Assembly (NCBI GenBank): GCA_030604855.1
Contig: JAUVVC010000010.1
Coordinates: forward strand, 20,663 to 52,662
Origin: Erysipelotrichaceae bacterium
GTDB taxonomy: Bacteria > Bacillota_I > Bacilli_A > Erysipelotrichales > Erysipelotrichaceae
Direction of reading: 5' to 3'
Length of the DNA stretch: 32,000 nt
Shown: piece by piece, positions 9,671-17,871 of the stretch
Layout of the letters: every line of letters starts with the position of its first letter
How positions within the stretch are numbered: the stretch's first letter is position 1
Program-made: the position numbers and the translations under genes
The notes under the pieces: generated by a model
The model's database searches: none
Told to the model about the DNA's origin: nothing
Seen by the model: the letters and a program-made list of their open reading frames with translations, nothing else

Positions 9671-10063
9671 ATGGAATTCACATTACAAACACCTACACTC
9701 TTATTCTCTGCCATATCGTTATTGATGTTGGCCTATACCAATCGCTTCGTCGTGATCGCAAACCTGATTCGTGAACTCTACAACATACACAGCAACCAGC
9801 CATCGGATATCACTTTCGCACAATTGGTCAATCTTCGTAAACGCATGCGCATCATTCGCAACATGCAGGTTTTCGGTGGTTTGAGCTTTTTCTTCAGTGT
9901 CTTAAGCTTACTTCTCATTTTACTTGAACAGACTCGTTTTGCACAGACGATGTTTGCATTCAGTGTGGTCTTATTGTTGATTTCATTGGTTTTATTGTTG
10001 ATGGAACTGCAAATCTCCGTGAACGCATTAAACATCCAACTTAAAGACTTTGATCAGAAATAG
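9671..10063 (+). CDS. DUF2721-like small membrane protein
   Basis: 130 aa from ATG 9671, with an AGGAGGG RBS 3 nt upstream. The N-terminus MEFTLQTPTLLFSAISLLMLAYTNRFVVIANLIRELY matches my recollection of the DUF2721 family, and there are 3 hydrophobic segments. The ORF-track start at 9623 falls on the putative -35. Confidence 0.7.
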   Translation: MEFTLQTPTLLFSAISLLMLAYTNRFVVIANLIRELYNIHSNQPSDITFAQLVNLRKRMRIIRNMQVFGGLSFFFSVLSLLLILLEQTRFAQTMFAFSVVLLLISLVLLLMELQISVNALNIQLKDFDQK

Positions 10064-10165
10064 GACATTCACTTAGTTTCATTTGATGATTCTTTGTTTT
10101 ATAACACTTCTTTATACCAAAGCAAGTGATCCATCCAAACGGTGAATACCAAGTTATGGGAATTG

Positions 10166-10174
10166 TGCTATAAT
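10166..10174 (+). promoter_or_regulatory. Extended -10 promoter TGcTATAAT upstream of the DMT transporter gene
   Basis: TG at 10166-10167 and TATAAT at 10169-10174, 22 nt upstream of ATG 10197, with the GAGGTGA RBS in between. Confidence 0.45.
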
Positions 10175-10196
10175 CGAACTTATTTAGAGGTGATGT

Positions 10197-11096
10197 ATGC
10201 TCAAGTCCAAACAAACCAAAACCTTGATTATCCTATCGTTCTTTGCGGTCTATGTCTTCTGGGGTGGAACCTATCTCGGCATGAAATTCGCATTGGAATC
10301 CTTTCCACCTTTCATCATGGCAGGTATCCGACATTTCACGGCAGGCTTGATTCTTACCAGCATCGCCTATTTCAAGAAAGAGACATTCCCAAAGTTCAAT
10401 GAACTCCGCAATGCGGCCATTGTTGGGACGCTTTTGCTCGTTGGTGGAAATGGTTTGGTTGCCTTTGCGGAAGTCCGTGTACCTTCCTCGATTGCGAGTT
10501 TGATCATCGCATCCGTACCCATTTGGATCAGTTTGTTGAACTGGTTTGGTAATGACCGCAAACGACCTGGAATCTGGGAGACACTTGCATTATCCTTGGG
10601 TATCCTAGGCATTGCCTTGATGGCCTTTCAAGGTCAAGATACCAGTCAAAATATTGATCTGCTTGGCATCCTCATCCTTTTGATCGCATCCCTGTCTTGG
10701 TCCTTTGGCTCTCTCTATTCACGCAACGCATCGATGCCCAAGTCGTCATTCTACAGTGTTTCCATACAGATGTTGACGGGGGGGATCTTGCTGTTCATCC
10801 TATCGTTGAGTCTTCAAGAAGCACAGACTGTGATTTGGACAGCGATAACAACTAAAGCACTGTGGGCAATGCTCTATCTGATTTTCTTTGGATCGATCCT
10901 AGCGTATACCGCTTATCTCTGGTTGTTGAAACAGGTGAATCCAACCCTCGCTTCGACCAATGCCTTTGTGAATCCAGTCGTAGCCTTAGCTTTGGGTTGG
11001 TTCTTTGCGAATGAACGCCTTAGCACACAAGCTCTCTTCGCATCGATCTTGATTGTCATCGCTGTCGTCATTTTGACGTTTAAGAAAGGGAAGTAA
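10197..11096 (+). CDS. EamA/DMT-superfamily transporter
   Basis: 299 aa with about 10 TM segments arranged as two EamA-like repeats (e.g. FWGGTYLGMKFAL... and ...SWSFGSLYSR...LAYTAYLWLLK). Confidence 0.9.
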   Translation: MLKSKQTKTLIILSFFAVYVFWGGTYLGMKFALESFPPFIMAGIRHFTAGLILTSIAYFKKETFPKFNELRNAAIVGTLLLVGGNGLVAFAEVRVPSSIASLIIASVPIWISLLNWFGNDRKRPGIWETLALSLGILGIALMAFQGQDTSQNIDLLGILILLIASLSWSFGSLYSRNASMPKSSFYSVSIQMLTGGILLFILSLSLQEAQTVIWTAITTKALWAMLYLIFFGSILAYTAYLWLLKQVNPTLASTNAFVNPVVALALGWFFANERLSTQALFASILIVIAVVILTFKKGK

Positions 11097-11097
11097 C

Positions 11098-11649
11098 ATG
11101 AAAGAAATATGTGTAGTTGTGGATATGATCAATGGATTCATCAATGAAGGACCTTTAGCGGATAAAAGCATTCAGGCCATCGTACCTGAAACCATCAAAA
11201 CCATTCAAAGACATTTGGATGAAGGTAAAGATGTCTTATCTTTTCAAGATACGCATACGATGGATTCCTTGGAGTTCAAGTCTTACCCACCGCATTGTTT
11301 AAAGGACACAACGGAGAGTGATCTGATTCCTGAATTGAAACCCTTTGAAGACAGAATGATCAAAGTGGAAAAGGATACCACCAATGGCTTCTTTGCGCCA
11401 GGTTTTCAAAGTTATTTAAGCAACAATCCTGATTTAGAAGAAGTCACCGTTGTGGGTTGTTGCACAGACATATGTGTCTTGCAGTTCACTCAGAGTCTAA
11501 AGACTTATACTCAAACGATTGGGAAGGATGTGAACATCAAAGTGGTGCAGGCAGCTGTCGATACCTTTGATGCACCGAATCATGATAAAAAGAGTTACCA
11601 CGACCAAGCTTTGAGCTTGATGCGAAATGCAGGCATCGAATTGATTTGA
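11098..11649 (+). CDS. Isochorismatase-family cysteine hydrolase (possible nicotinamidase)
   Basis: 183 aa. Catalytic-triad context: VVVDMINGF (Asp), KVEKDTTNGF (Lys), VTVVGCCTDICVLQF (Cys). A D-x-H...H pattern (QDTHTMDSLEFKSYPPH) resembles the PncA metal site. The start lies 1 nt after the transporter stop. Confidence 0.85.
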   Translation: MKEICVVVDMINGFINEGPLADKSIQAIVPETIKTIQRHLDEGKDVLSFQDTHTMDSLEFKSYPPHCLKDTTESDLIPELKPFEDRMIKVEKDTTNGFFAPGFQSYLSNNPDLEEVTVVGCCTDICVLQFTQSLKTYTQTIGKDVNIKVVQAAVDTFDAPNHDKKSYHDQALSLMRNAGIELI

Positions 11650-11668
11650 CACTACGGTGTCTTTTTTT
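11648..11668 (+). terminator. Rho-independent terminator
   Basis: GACAC(11648-11652)-TACG-GTGTC(11657-11661) followed by T7 (11662-11668). The stem is only 5 bp, but the U-tract is strong. Confidence 0.55.
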
Positions 11669-11729
11669 GTGTTCTGTGGCTTGGATTGTGTGAAATCATA
11701 TAAAATGAATTGTGTTCGACATTCTTAAC

Positions 11730-11757
11730 TTGAATCAACTTGTGAAAGAATTATAAT
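11730..11757 (+). promoter_or_regulatory. Putative sigma-A promoter TTGAAT-N16-TATAAT for the ABC-2 operon
   Basis: TTGAAT at 11730-11735 and TATAAT at 11752-11757. The ATG at 11767 lies only 9 nt after the -10, with no SD (see findings). Confidence 0.45.
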
Positions 11758-11766
11758 AGTAAATGA

Positions 11767-12690
11767 ATGAAAAACGAAATCATTAAGATCTCGCATCTTT
11801 CCAAAGCCTATGGGAATGTAGAAGCGGTTAAAGACATCACATTGAATGTCTACGAAGGGGAGCTGTTCGCTTTTCTGGGTCCCAATGGTGCTGGCAAGTC
11901 CACCACAATCAATATCATCAGTACACTTTTGAAGAAGGATAAAGGAGAAGTGATTTTAAACAAGCATACATTAGATGAAGAAAATGATTTGATTCGCAAC
12001 GACATTGGAATTGTCTTCCAACAATCCTTTCTCGATGGGCTCTTGACCGTTAAAGAGAATCTCTACACGAGAGCATGTTTCTACGATTTGGATGCGGCAA
12101 CGATCGAGAAACGCATCACCAATCTGAGTGAGCAACTCTCTTTACATGAATTCTTGAATCGTCCCTATGGCAAACTCTCAGGAGGTCAACGCAGACGGGC
12201 AGACATCGCACGTGCTTTGATCAATCATCCCAAGATTCTATTCTTGGATGAGCCCACAACCGGTTTGGATCCACAGACACGACACAATATCTGGACCTAT
12301 ATCGAAGACTTGCGCATCAAACATAAGATGACGATCTTTCTCACCACGCATTACATGGAAGAAGCATCGAAATGTGATCGCGTATGCATCATCGATCATG
12401 GCCAGATTCTTGAGATGAAAACGCCCCGTGAATTAAGAATTCAGTATGCCCCAACCTTATTAAGAATCAAGTCTCAAACACTTGAAGCTAAAGATATAGA
12501 AGTCTTGGGTTATACCTTTCATACCACCAATGATGGTTATGAAGTCATCTTGAAAGAAAGCAAAGAAGCCTTCAAGTTACTCGATGAACATCGCAGTAAG
12601 ATTGAGCAGTTCGAAGTTGTGGAGGGGACGATGGATACCGTCTTCTTAGCACTGACAGGTCAAAGCATTCGGGAGGACGATCATGCGTAA
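11767..12690 (+). CDS. ABC transporter ATP-binding protein (ABC-2/DrrA-like)
   Basis: 307 aa with Walker A GPNGAGKST, signature LSGGQRRR, Walker B ILFLDEPTTGLD and H-loop LTTHYMEE. Confidence 0.93.
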   Translation: MKNEIIKISHLSKAYGNVEAVKDITLNVYEGELFAFLGPNGAGKSTTINIISTLLKKDKGEVILNKHTLDEENDLIRNDIGIVFQQSFLDGLLTVKENLYTRACFYDLDAATIEKRITNLSEQLSLHEFLNRPYGKLSGGQRRRADIARALINHPKILFLDEPTTGLDPQTRHNIWTYIEDLRIKHKMTIFLTTHYMEEASKCDRVCIIDHGQILEMKTPRELRIQYAPTLLRIKSQTLEAKDIEVLGYTFHTTNDGYEVILKESKEAFKLLDEHRSKIEQFEVVEGTMDTVFLALTGQSIREDDHA

Positions 12691-13567
12691 AATAATGGCA
12701 CTGAGTGTCCGTAATCTTCGCTTATTCGTGAGAGATAAGGCTTTAGTATTCTTTTCTTTCTTATCCGTCATCATCATCTTAGGTCTGTATGTCTTGTTTC
12801 TAGGGGACATTCAAGCTCAAAACATTCGATCCATGATTCAAATGGATATTCCTGAGATCGATGCCCTGGTGTACGCATGGATGTTGCCAGGACTGATTGC
12901 GGTCGCAAGCATCACCTTATCCCTAGGAAACATGGGTCGCTTGGTGGACGATGCACAAGGTGAGAACCTCAATGATTTCTTGGTATCACCTTTAAAAAGA
13001 ACACAATTGATTCTCTCCTATTTGATTTCCAGCATCATCATCACAAGTTTCATCAGCCTATGCATGTTCGCATTGAGCATCGTCATTGTAAAGCTTAAGG
13101 GCGGACCTTGGTTGGATTTTGAACAGATTCTTCAATCCTTGGGCATCATCGTACTATTGATCATCTCATCCGCGCTGTTGAGCTTGTATATTGCGTCATG
13201 GGTCAAGACACAGAATACCTATGGGGTCGTAAACTCCATGGTGGGAACCTTCATCGGGTTTGTGACAGGTGCATACATGCCCATGGGCATCATGCCGATT
13301 TTTGTTCAAAACATGTTCAACATTCTACCGGTATCCTTAGGTGCGAGTTTATTGAGACAAGTCTACTTGGGGCCCATCATCAAGTCCGTATTTAAAAATG
13401 CACCAGCGGAAATGGTGAGTGAGTATCGCTATTTCCAAGGTGTGGATTTAAAGGTTTTTGGAAACATATTGACGCCTGAATTCATGTATATCGGTATCTT
13501 CGTCAGTATCATCCTACTCTTCATCTTGAATTTCTTGCGATTTAAAAACTTATCCAAACGTGTATAA
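12683..13567 (+). CDS. ABC-2 type transporter permease
   Basis: 294 aa with about 6 TM segments. GGGAGGA RBS, and an 8-nt overlap with the ATPase gene suggests translational coupling. Confidence 0.85.
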   Translation: MRKIMALSVRNLRLFVRDKALVFFSFLSVIIILGLYVLFLGDIQAQNIRSMIQMDIPEIDALVYAWMLPGLIAVASITLSLGNMGRLVDDAQGENLNDFLVSPLKRTQLILSYLISSIIITSFISLCMFALSIVIVKLKGGPWLDFEQILQSLGIIVLLIISSALLSLYIASWVKTQNTYGVVNSMVGTFIGFVTGAYMPMGIMPIFVQNMFNILPVSLGASLLRQVYLGPIIKSVFKNAPAEMVSEYRYFQGVDLKVFGNILTPEFMYIGIFVSIILLFILNFLRFKNLSKRV

Positions 13568-13595
13568 AGGCCAAATCACTTGGCCTTTTTCTTTA
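13566..13595. terminator. Bidirectional-type terminator between the ABC-2 permease gene and plsY
   Basis: AAGGCCAA/TTGGCCTT forms an 8-9 bp stem (13567-13574 with 13580-13587) and a loop ATCAC, followed by TTT-C-TTT. The plsY stop codon lies in the loop. Confidence 0.65.
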
Positions 13596-14199
13596 GCACA
13601 TGGGAGAGTCTACCTTCAGTATTATTTAGAATGCGTTTGTAATTCGGAAGATGAAGATAAAAGCTTAAGGTAAACATCAAGATACTGATGATCAAAGGGA
13701 GCAAACCCAAATTAAGATGCTGAGTAAGAATAATCCAATAGAGGGTAAGTCCGATTGTGCCAAGTGCGACACGATCCGTAAGATAAGTCCCGATGATGAT
13801 GATCGATAGACCGATAAAACCATAGAATAAGTTGAGACCAAAGAGAACACCAATCAAGGAAGCGGTTCCTTTACCACCTTTGAAGTTCATGTGAAAAGGG
13901 AAGACATGACCCAATACGACTCCAAAGCCATTCAGATATAAAAGTGTCGAGTTGGACTCCAATGAGACGGAGTAAAGTGCTTTTATCAAGGCGATCGATA
14001 AGACCGCTTTTAGAATATCAACCAGAGCGACGACTAAACCATATTGGACACCAAAGGATTCGACCACATTTGATGCACCTGCATTGCCATAGCCAAAAGT
14101 GCGAATATCGACCTTCTTAAAATATTTCGTGATGAGATAAGCTGCTTGAATGTTTCCAAACAGATAACCGATCAAACTGACAATCAAGATATCCTGCAT
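13576..14199 (-). CDS. plsY: Glycerol-3-phosphate acyltransferase PlsY
   Basis: 207 aa, membrane protein. It has the motifs GYGNAGASNV and FKGGKGTASLIG characteristic of PlsY. Confidence 0.93.
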   Translation of the reverse strand: MQDILIVSLIGYLFGNIQAAYLITKYFKKVDIRTFGYGNAGASNVVESFGVQYGLVVALVDILKAVLSIALIKALYSVSLESNSTLLYLNGFGVVLGHVFPFHMNFKGGKGTASLIGVLFGLNLFYGFIGLSIIIIGTYLTDRVALGTIGLTLYWIILTQHLNLGLLPLIISILMFTLSFYLHLPNYKRILNNTEGRLSHVLKKKAK

Positions 14200-14218
14200 A
14201 AAGTCATCATAGCACAGC

Positions 14219-15037
14219 TTAATTGGTTTGCATCATCGATAATGCTTTCAGAAACACGCTGAGAACCCCCAATGAAACCAAGCCCAATAGCAGATAAACA
14301 GGAGTAAGGCTGTCATAGACCCCCGTGTTCTGATACGCGATGATTCCTGATGCCACAAAAACCAAGGGATAAAGCACGCACTTCACAAGGATGATCGGAG
14401 TCAGCAAAACGCCTAATCGATGTTTCTTGTGTAAGAGATACGCCGCCATTAGCAATGGCGTGACTAGGAAAATCAAATCTGTAGCGAAGATCACACCAGT
14501 TGGATGATCTGTTTGAGTGATGGCCAAGGGGACGGTCTGCGTGAACCAGTAAGTGATCGATAGACCGGTCCATGCCAATCCCAAAAGAGATGCGAAGAAA
14601 ATCAAAAAAGAGCGTGAGAGGAGTAGGGTTCGCTGTGATAATCCACGATAAAGATCCACTTGAATGCTCATTGTGAGATCAATAAGTCCAAAGATGAAAC
14701 TGAGTAAGCTCAGAATGACGATTAAGATGTAGAAAATAAATAATGCATTGAATGCAGCGCCATAGAGATAAAAGAAATAGTTGTATACAAAATACCATGT
14801 ACAACCCAGCCAAAGAATCTGGTCTCTAAGGAACTTTTTCTTGAGCTTCAAAAGTACGATGAGCATCAAGGGACAGGCGACAAACAGGGTCACCAGATCA
14901 TTGCCTTGCCAAACAGAAGTGATCAAGGGATTGTCCCGATAAACGGGGAACAGGATGCCTGCAATGCTCAAGCTGATGCTTAGGATTAAGATGAGTGGAG
15001 TAAGACGGCGGGCAAAAGATATATGATGATTTTTCAT
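14219..15037 (-). CDS. Hypothetical polytopic membrane protein (about 8 TM segments)
   Basis: 272 aa with a GGGAGAA RBS. It is uniformly hydrophobic and I recognise no family motif. It lies 19 nt upstream of plsY on the same strand. Confidence 0.7.
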   Translation of the reverse strand: MKNHHISFARRLTPLILILSISLSIAGILFPVYRDNPLITSVWQGNDLVTLFVACPLMLIVLLKLKKKFLRDQILWLGCTWYFVYNYFFYLYGAAFNALFIFYILIVILSLLSFIFGLIDLTMSIQVDLYRGLSQRTLLLSRSFLIFFASLLGLAWTGLSITYWFTQTVPLAITQTDHPTGVIFATDLIFLVTPLLMAAYLLHKKHRLGVLLTPIILVKCVLYPLVFVASGIIAYQNTGVYDSLTPVYLLLGLVSLGVLSVFLKALSMMQTN

Positions 15038-15132
15038 GATGTTCTCCCAAATCCTCTGTTTTTAATTCTAGGCTAAAACAATTAAATGTACAGTGTTTAT
15101 TTTAAAACGAAATCATTAAAGTATTAAAACAA

Positions 15133-15166
15133 TTGACAAGGATTAAAAATAGACTTACACTATAAT
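15133..15166 (+). promoter_or_regulatory. Putative promoter of the MarR-ABC operon
   Basis: TTGACA at 15133-15138, with TACACT at 17-nt spacing (15156-15161) overlapping a perfect TATAAT (15161-15166) that sits at a non-optimal 22-nt spacing. The operative -10 is therefore ambiguous. Confidence 0.4.
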
Positions 15167-15212
15167 AGTTTTGATACAAAACAATTTTGATTCAGAATTA
15201 AAAGAGGACACC

Positions 15213-15680
15213 ATGGAACATCAAGAAGAACTGGTTACACAACTGATCCAAGCCTTTCAACACATTAGAAGAGGGCATTCCAACATGCCTAAAATGCCCA
15301 TTCGCAAGAGTGAGATGTTTACCTTGATGCAAATCAAGAAAGCTTGTGAAATCAACCCAGAAGGCATCATTTTTCGTGACTTAGCCAATGTCTTGAATCT
15401 GGCACCGCCCACCATCACACCTTTGATCAACAGTCTCGTCAAACAAGCGTATGTCGAACGTGTCCGAAGTGAAGCCGATCGCCGTGTCGTATACATTCGT
15501 TTGACCGAGAAAGGGATGACCTTTCTGGATAAATCAGAGCGTCAATTCAATGCGGGTGTACATGCCTTGATCGAGCATCTTGGAATAGAAGATACCCAAG
15601 AGTTGATTCGTATCGTTACGAAGGCTTCAGCCTTCATGAATGAAGTGTGGATGAAAGAGAAGGATAACACCTGTGATTAA
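15213..15680 (+). CDS. MarR-family transcriptional regulator
   Basis: 155 aa from ATG 15213 (AGAGGA RBS). Winged-helix core FRDLANVLNLAPPTITPLINSLVKQAYVERVRSEADRRVVYIRLTEKG. The ORF-track TTG at 15171 has no RBS. Confidence 0.88.
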   Translation: MEHQEELVTQLIQAFQHIRRGHSNMPKMPIRKSEMFTLMQIKKACEINPEGIIFRDLANVLNLAPPTITPLINSLVKQAYVERVRSEADRRVVYIRLTEKGMTFLDKSERQFNAGVHALIEHLGIEDTQELIRIVTKASAFMNEVWMKEKDNTCD

Positions 15681-17871
15681 ATTACTATTCAAATACTTAA
15701 AACGTTTCTGGTTAAGCATTCTCATTGTTTTGGGACTTTTGTATTTCCAAACACGTGCGGATCTCAAGTTGCCGGAACTCATGTCGCAAATCGTCAATGT
15801 CGGCATCACGCGAAGTGGTGTTGAAGATGCGGCGATTGAAGTGATCCGTGAGGTTCAGTTCAATAAACTACTTCTTTTCATTTCTGAAGATGAGCAAACC
15901 ATTCTCAAGAACAGTTATGTGCAGATCACACCAGACGATGCGTCTTATCCCAGCTCACTTGACGGCTTTGTCGAGTCAGGTCTTTATGTGCTGCGTGATG
16001 ACGCAGATCGCGAACGCGTCGCAGCCATCATTGCGAAACCCTTGTTGGTGAGCTATGCGATCGATGAAGGTCAAATTGATACTTCGATGTTTCAGTTACC
16101 ACCAAATGTGACCCTTTATCAGGCCTTGGCGAATATGGATGCGTCCAAGCGTCAAGCGTTCTTAGCGAACATCGATCAACGCTTTGCGTCCATGAGTGAA
16201 GACATGCTCGGCCAAAGTGCCAGTGTTGCGATCCTAGCGGAATACAAAGCCATCGGCTTGGATACCGATCAGATGCAGATCGATGCGATCATCAAGATTG
16301 GTGTGGATATGTTGTTATTTGCACTCATGAGTGCAGTCATCACCATTCTGGTGGGTCTGTTGTCCGCACGTATGGCTGCGAAAGTGACTCGCAACATCCG
16401 TCGTGATGTCTTTGCCAAGGTGGAGAGTTTCTCCAATGTGGAATTCGATCAATTCTCTACGGCATCGCTCATCACACGTACTGGGAATGACATCACGCAA
16501 CTCCAAATGTTGATCGTGATGATGTTCAGAACCTTCTTCTATTCTCCTATTCTGGCGTATGGAGCCATCATGAATGTCATGAATTCCAATGCGGACATGA
16601 CTTGGATCATTGGCTTGGCTTTAGTGGTCATCCTTGGCTTGATCCTGGGTATGTTTGTGGTGGTATTGCCCAAATTCACGCAGATTCAAAAGATGATCGA
16701 CAAGGTCAATCTTGTCGCACGTGAGAGTCTGACGGGTTTGATGGTCGTCCGTGCCTTTAAAACAGAGCGTCATGAAGAGAAACGTTTTGATGAAGCCAAC
16801 AAAGAACTCTCCAAGATCAATCTCTTCGTCACCCGTGCCATGGCTATTCTGATGCCCATCATGAACTTCATCTTCAGTGGTGTGACTTTGATGATTGTCT
16901 GGTTTGGTGCGAAGCAAATCGACCTCGGTGCTTTACAAATAGGCGATATGATGGCCTTCATGCAATACTCCATGCAAATCATCATGTCGTTCATGATGAT
17001 CGTTATGACCTTCATCATGATTCCACGTGCTTCGGTATCATCAAAACGAATCAACGAAGTCTTGGATATGCCACTTACCATCTTAGATCCCAAAGAACCT
17101 CAAAACTTTGATCCTGAAAAAACAGGTGTCATTGAGTTCAAAGATGTGTGTTTCAGTTACCCCAATGCGGATGATTGTGTTCTTAGAAACATCAACTTCA
17201 CCGCAAAGAAAGGGGAGATTACAGCCATCATTGGCTCGACCGGTTCTGGTAAATCAACCCTGATCAATTTGATTCCCCGCTTCTACGATGTGACCCAAGG
17301 TTCACTCTTAGTGAACGGTGTCGATGTTCGTAACGTCAATCAAGGTGATTTACGTGATCGCATTGGTTATGTCCCTCAGAAAGCTGTGTTGTTTACGGGA
17401 ACCATTGAATCCAATCTGCGTTATGCGAAGGAAGATGCCAACCAAAGCGAGTTGGATAAAGCCATCAACATTGCGCAAGCCCGCAGCATCGTTGAGGAAA
17501 AACCCGATCATTACCAAGAAGCCATCAGTCAAGGGGGTTCAAACGTTTCGGGGGGTCAGAAACAACGGCTTTCCATAGCTCGTGCTTTGATCAAAAATCC
17601 CGATATCTATATTTATGATGACTCATTCTCTGCCCTTGATTACAAAACCGACGCTTTGTTGCGTCAAGCATTACAGCGTGAGTACACTGATAAAACGCTC
17701 ATCATCGTAGCGCAACGCATTTCAACCATTTTACATGCGGACCAGATCTTGGTTCTGAATGATGGAGAGATCGTGGGTCGTGGTACACACGATGAACTCA
17801 TGCAAAACTGTGCTGTCTATCAAGAAATCGCATTTTCACAAATGTCCAAGGAGGAACTCGCACATGTCTGA
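15673..17871 (+). CDS. ABC exporter permease/ATPase fusion, subunit 1 of a heterodimer (carries the degenerate ATP site)
   Basis: 732 aa. The GTG start overlaps the MarR stop by 8 nt. Walker A GSTGSGKST, canonical signature VSGGQKQRLS, Walker B IYIYDDSFSALD (Asp replaces the catalytic Glu) and switch AQRIST (Gln replaces His). There is a long insertion between TM1 and TM2. Confidence 0.93.
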   Translation: MIKLLFKYLKRFWLSILIVLGLLYFQTRADLKLPELMSQIVNVGITRSGVEDAAIEVIREVQFNKLLLFISEDEQTILKNSYVQITPDDASYPSSLDGFVESGLYVLRDDADRERVAAIIAKPLLVSYAIDEGQIDTSMFQLPPNVTLYQALANMDASKRQAFLANIDQRFASMSEDMLGQSASVAILAEYKAIGLDTDQMQIDAIIKIGVDMLLFALMSAVITILVGLLSARMAAKVTRNIRRDVFAKVESFSNVEFDQFSTASLITRTGNDITQLQMLIVMMFRTFFYSPILAYGAIMNVMNSNADMTWIIGLALVVILGLILGMFVVVLPKFTQIQKMIDKVNLVARESLTGLMVVRAFKTERHEEKRFDEANKELSKINLFVTRAMAILMPIMNFIFSGVTLMIVWFGAKQIDLGALQIGDMMAFMQYSMQIIMSFMMIVMTFIMIPRASVSSKRINEVLDMPLTILDPKEPQNFDPEKTGVIEFKDVCFSYPNADDCVLRNINFTAKKGEITAIIGSTGSGKSTLINLIPRFYDVTQGSLLVNGVDVRNVNQGDLRDRIGYVPQKAVLFTGTIESNLRYAKEDANQSELDKAINIAQARSIVEEKPDHYQEAISQGGSNVSGGQKQRLSIARALIKNPDIYIYDDSFSALDYKTDALLRQALQREYTDKTLIIVAQRISTILHADQILVLNDGEIVGRGTHDELMQNCAVYQEIAFSQMSKEELAHV

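Noticed and set aside
10105-10128. Hairpin CACTTCTTT/AAAGCAAGTG after the DUF2721 gene as a terminator
   Set aside because: The stem is bulged and AT-rich, and no U-tract follows it (the next bases are ATCCATCC). The evidence is insufficient.
10142-10402. An 86-aa plus-strand ORF overlapping the start of the DMT transporter gene
   Set aside because: It is out of frame with the transporter, and its start lies upstream of the mapped extended -10 promoter. The transporter frame has the RBS and the family features.
15133-15166. A perfect TTGACA ... TATAAT pair as a textbook promoter
   Set aside because: The spacing is 22 nt, too long for a standard sigma-A promoter. I kept it only as an ambiguous promoter region with TACACT at 17-nt spacing as the alternative -10.
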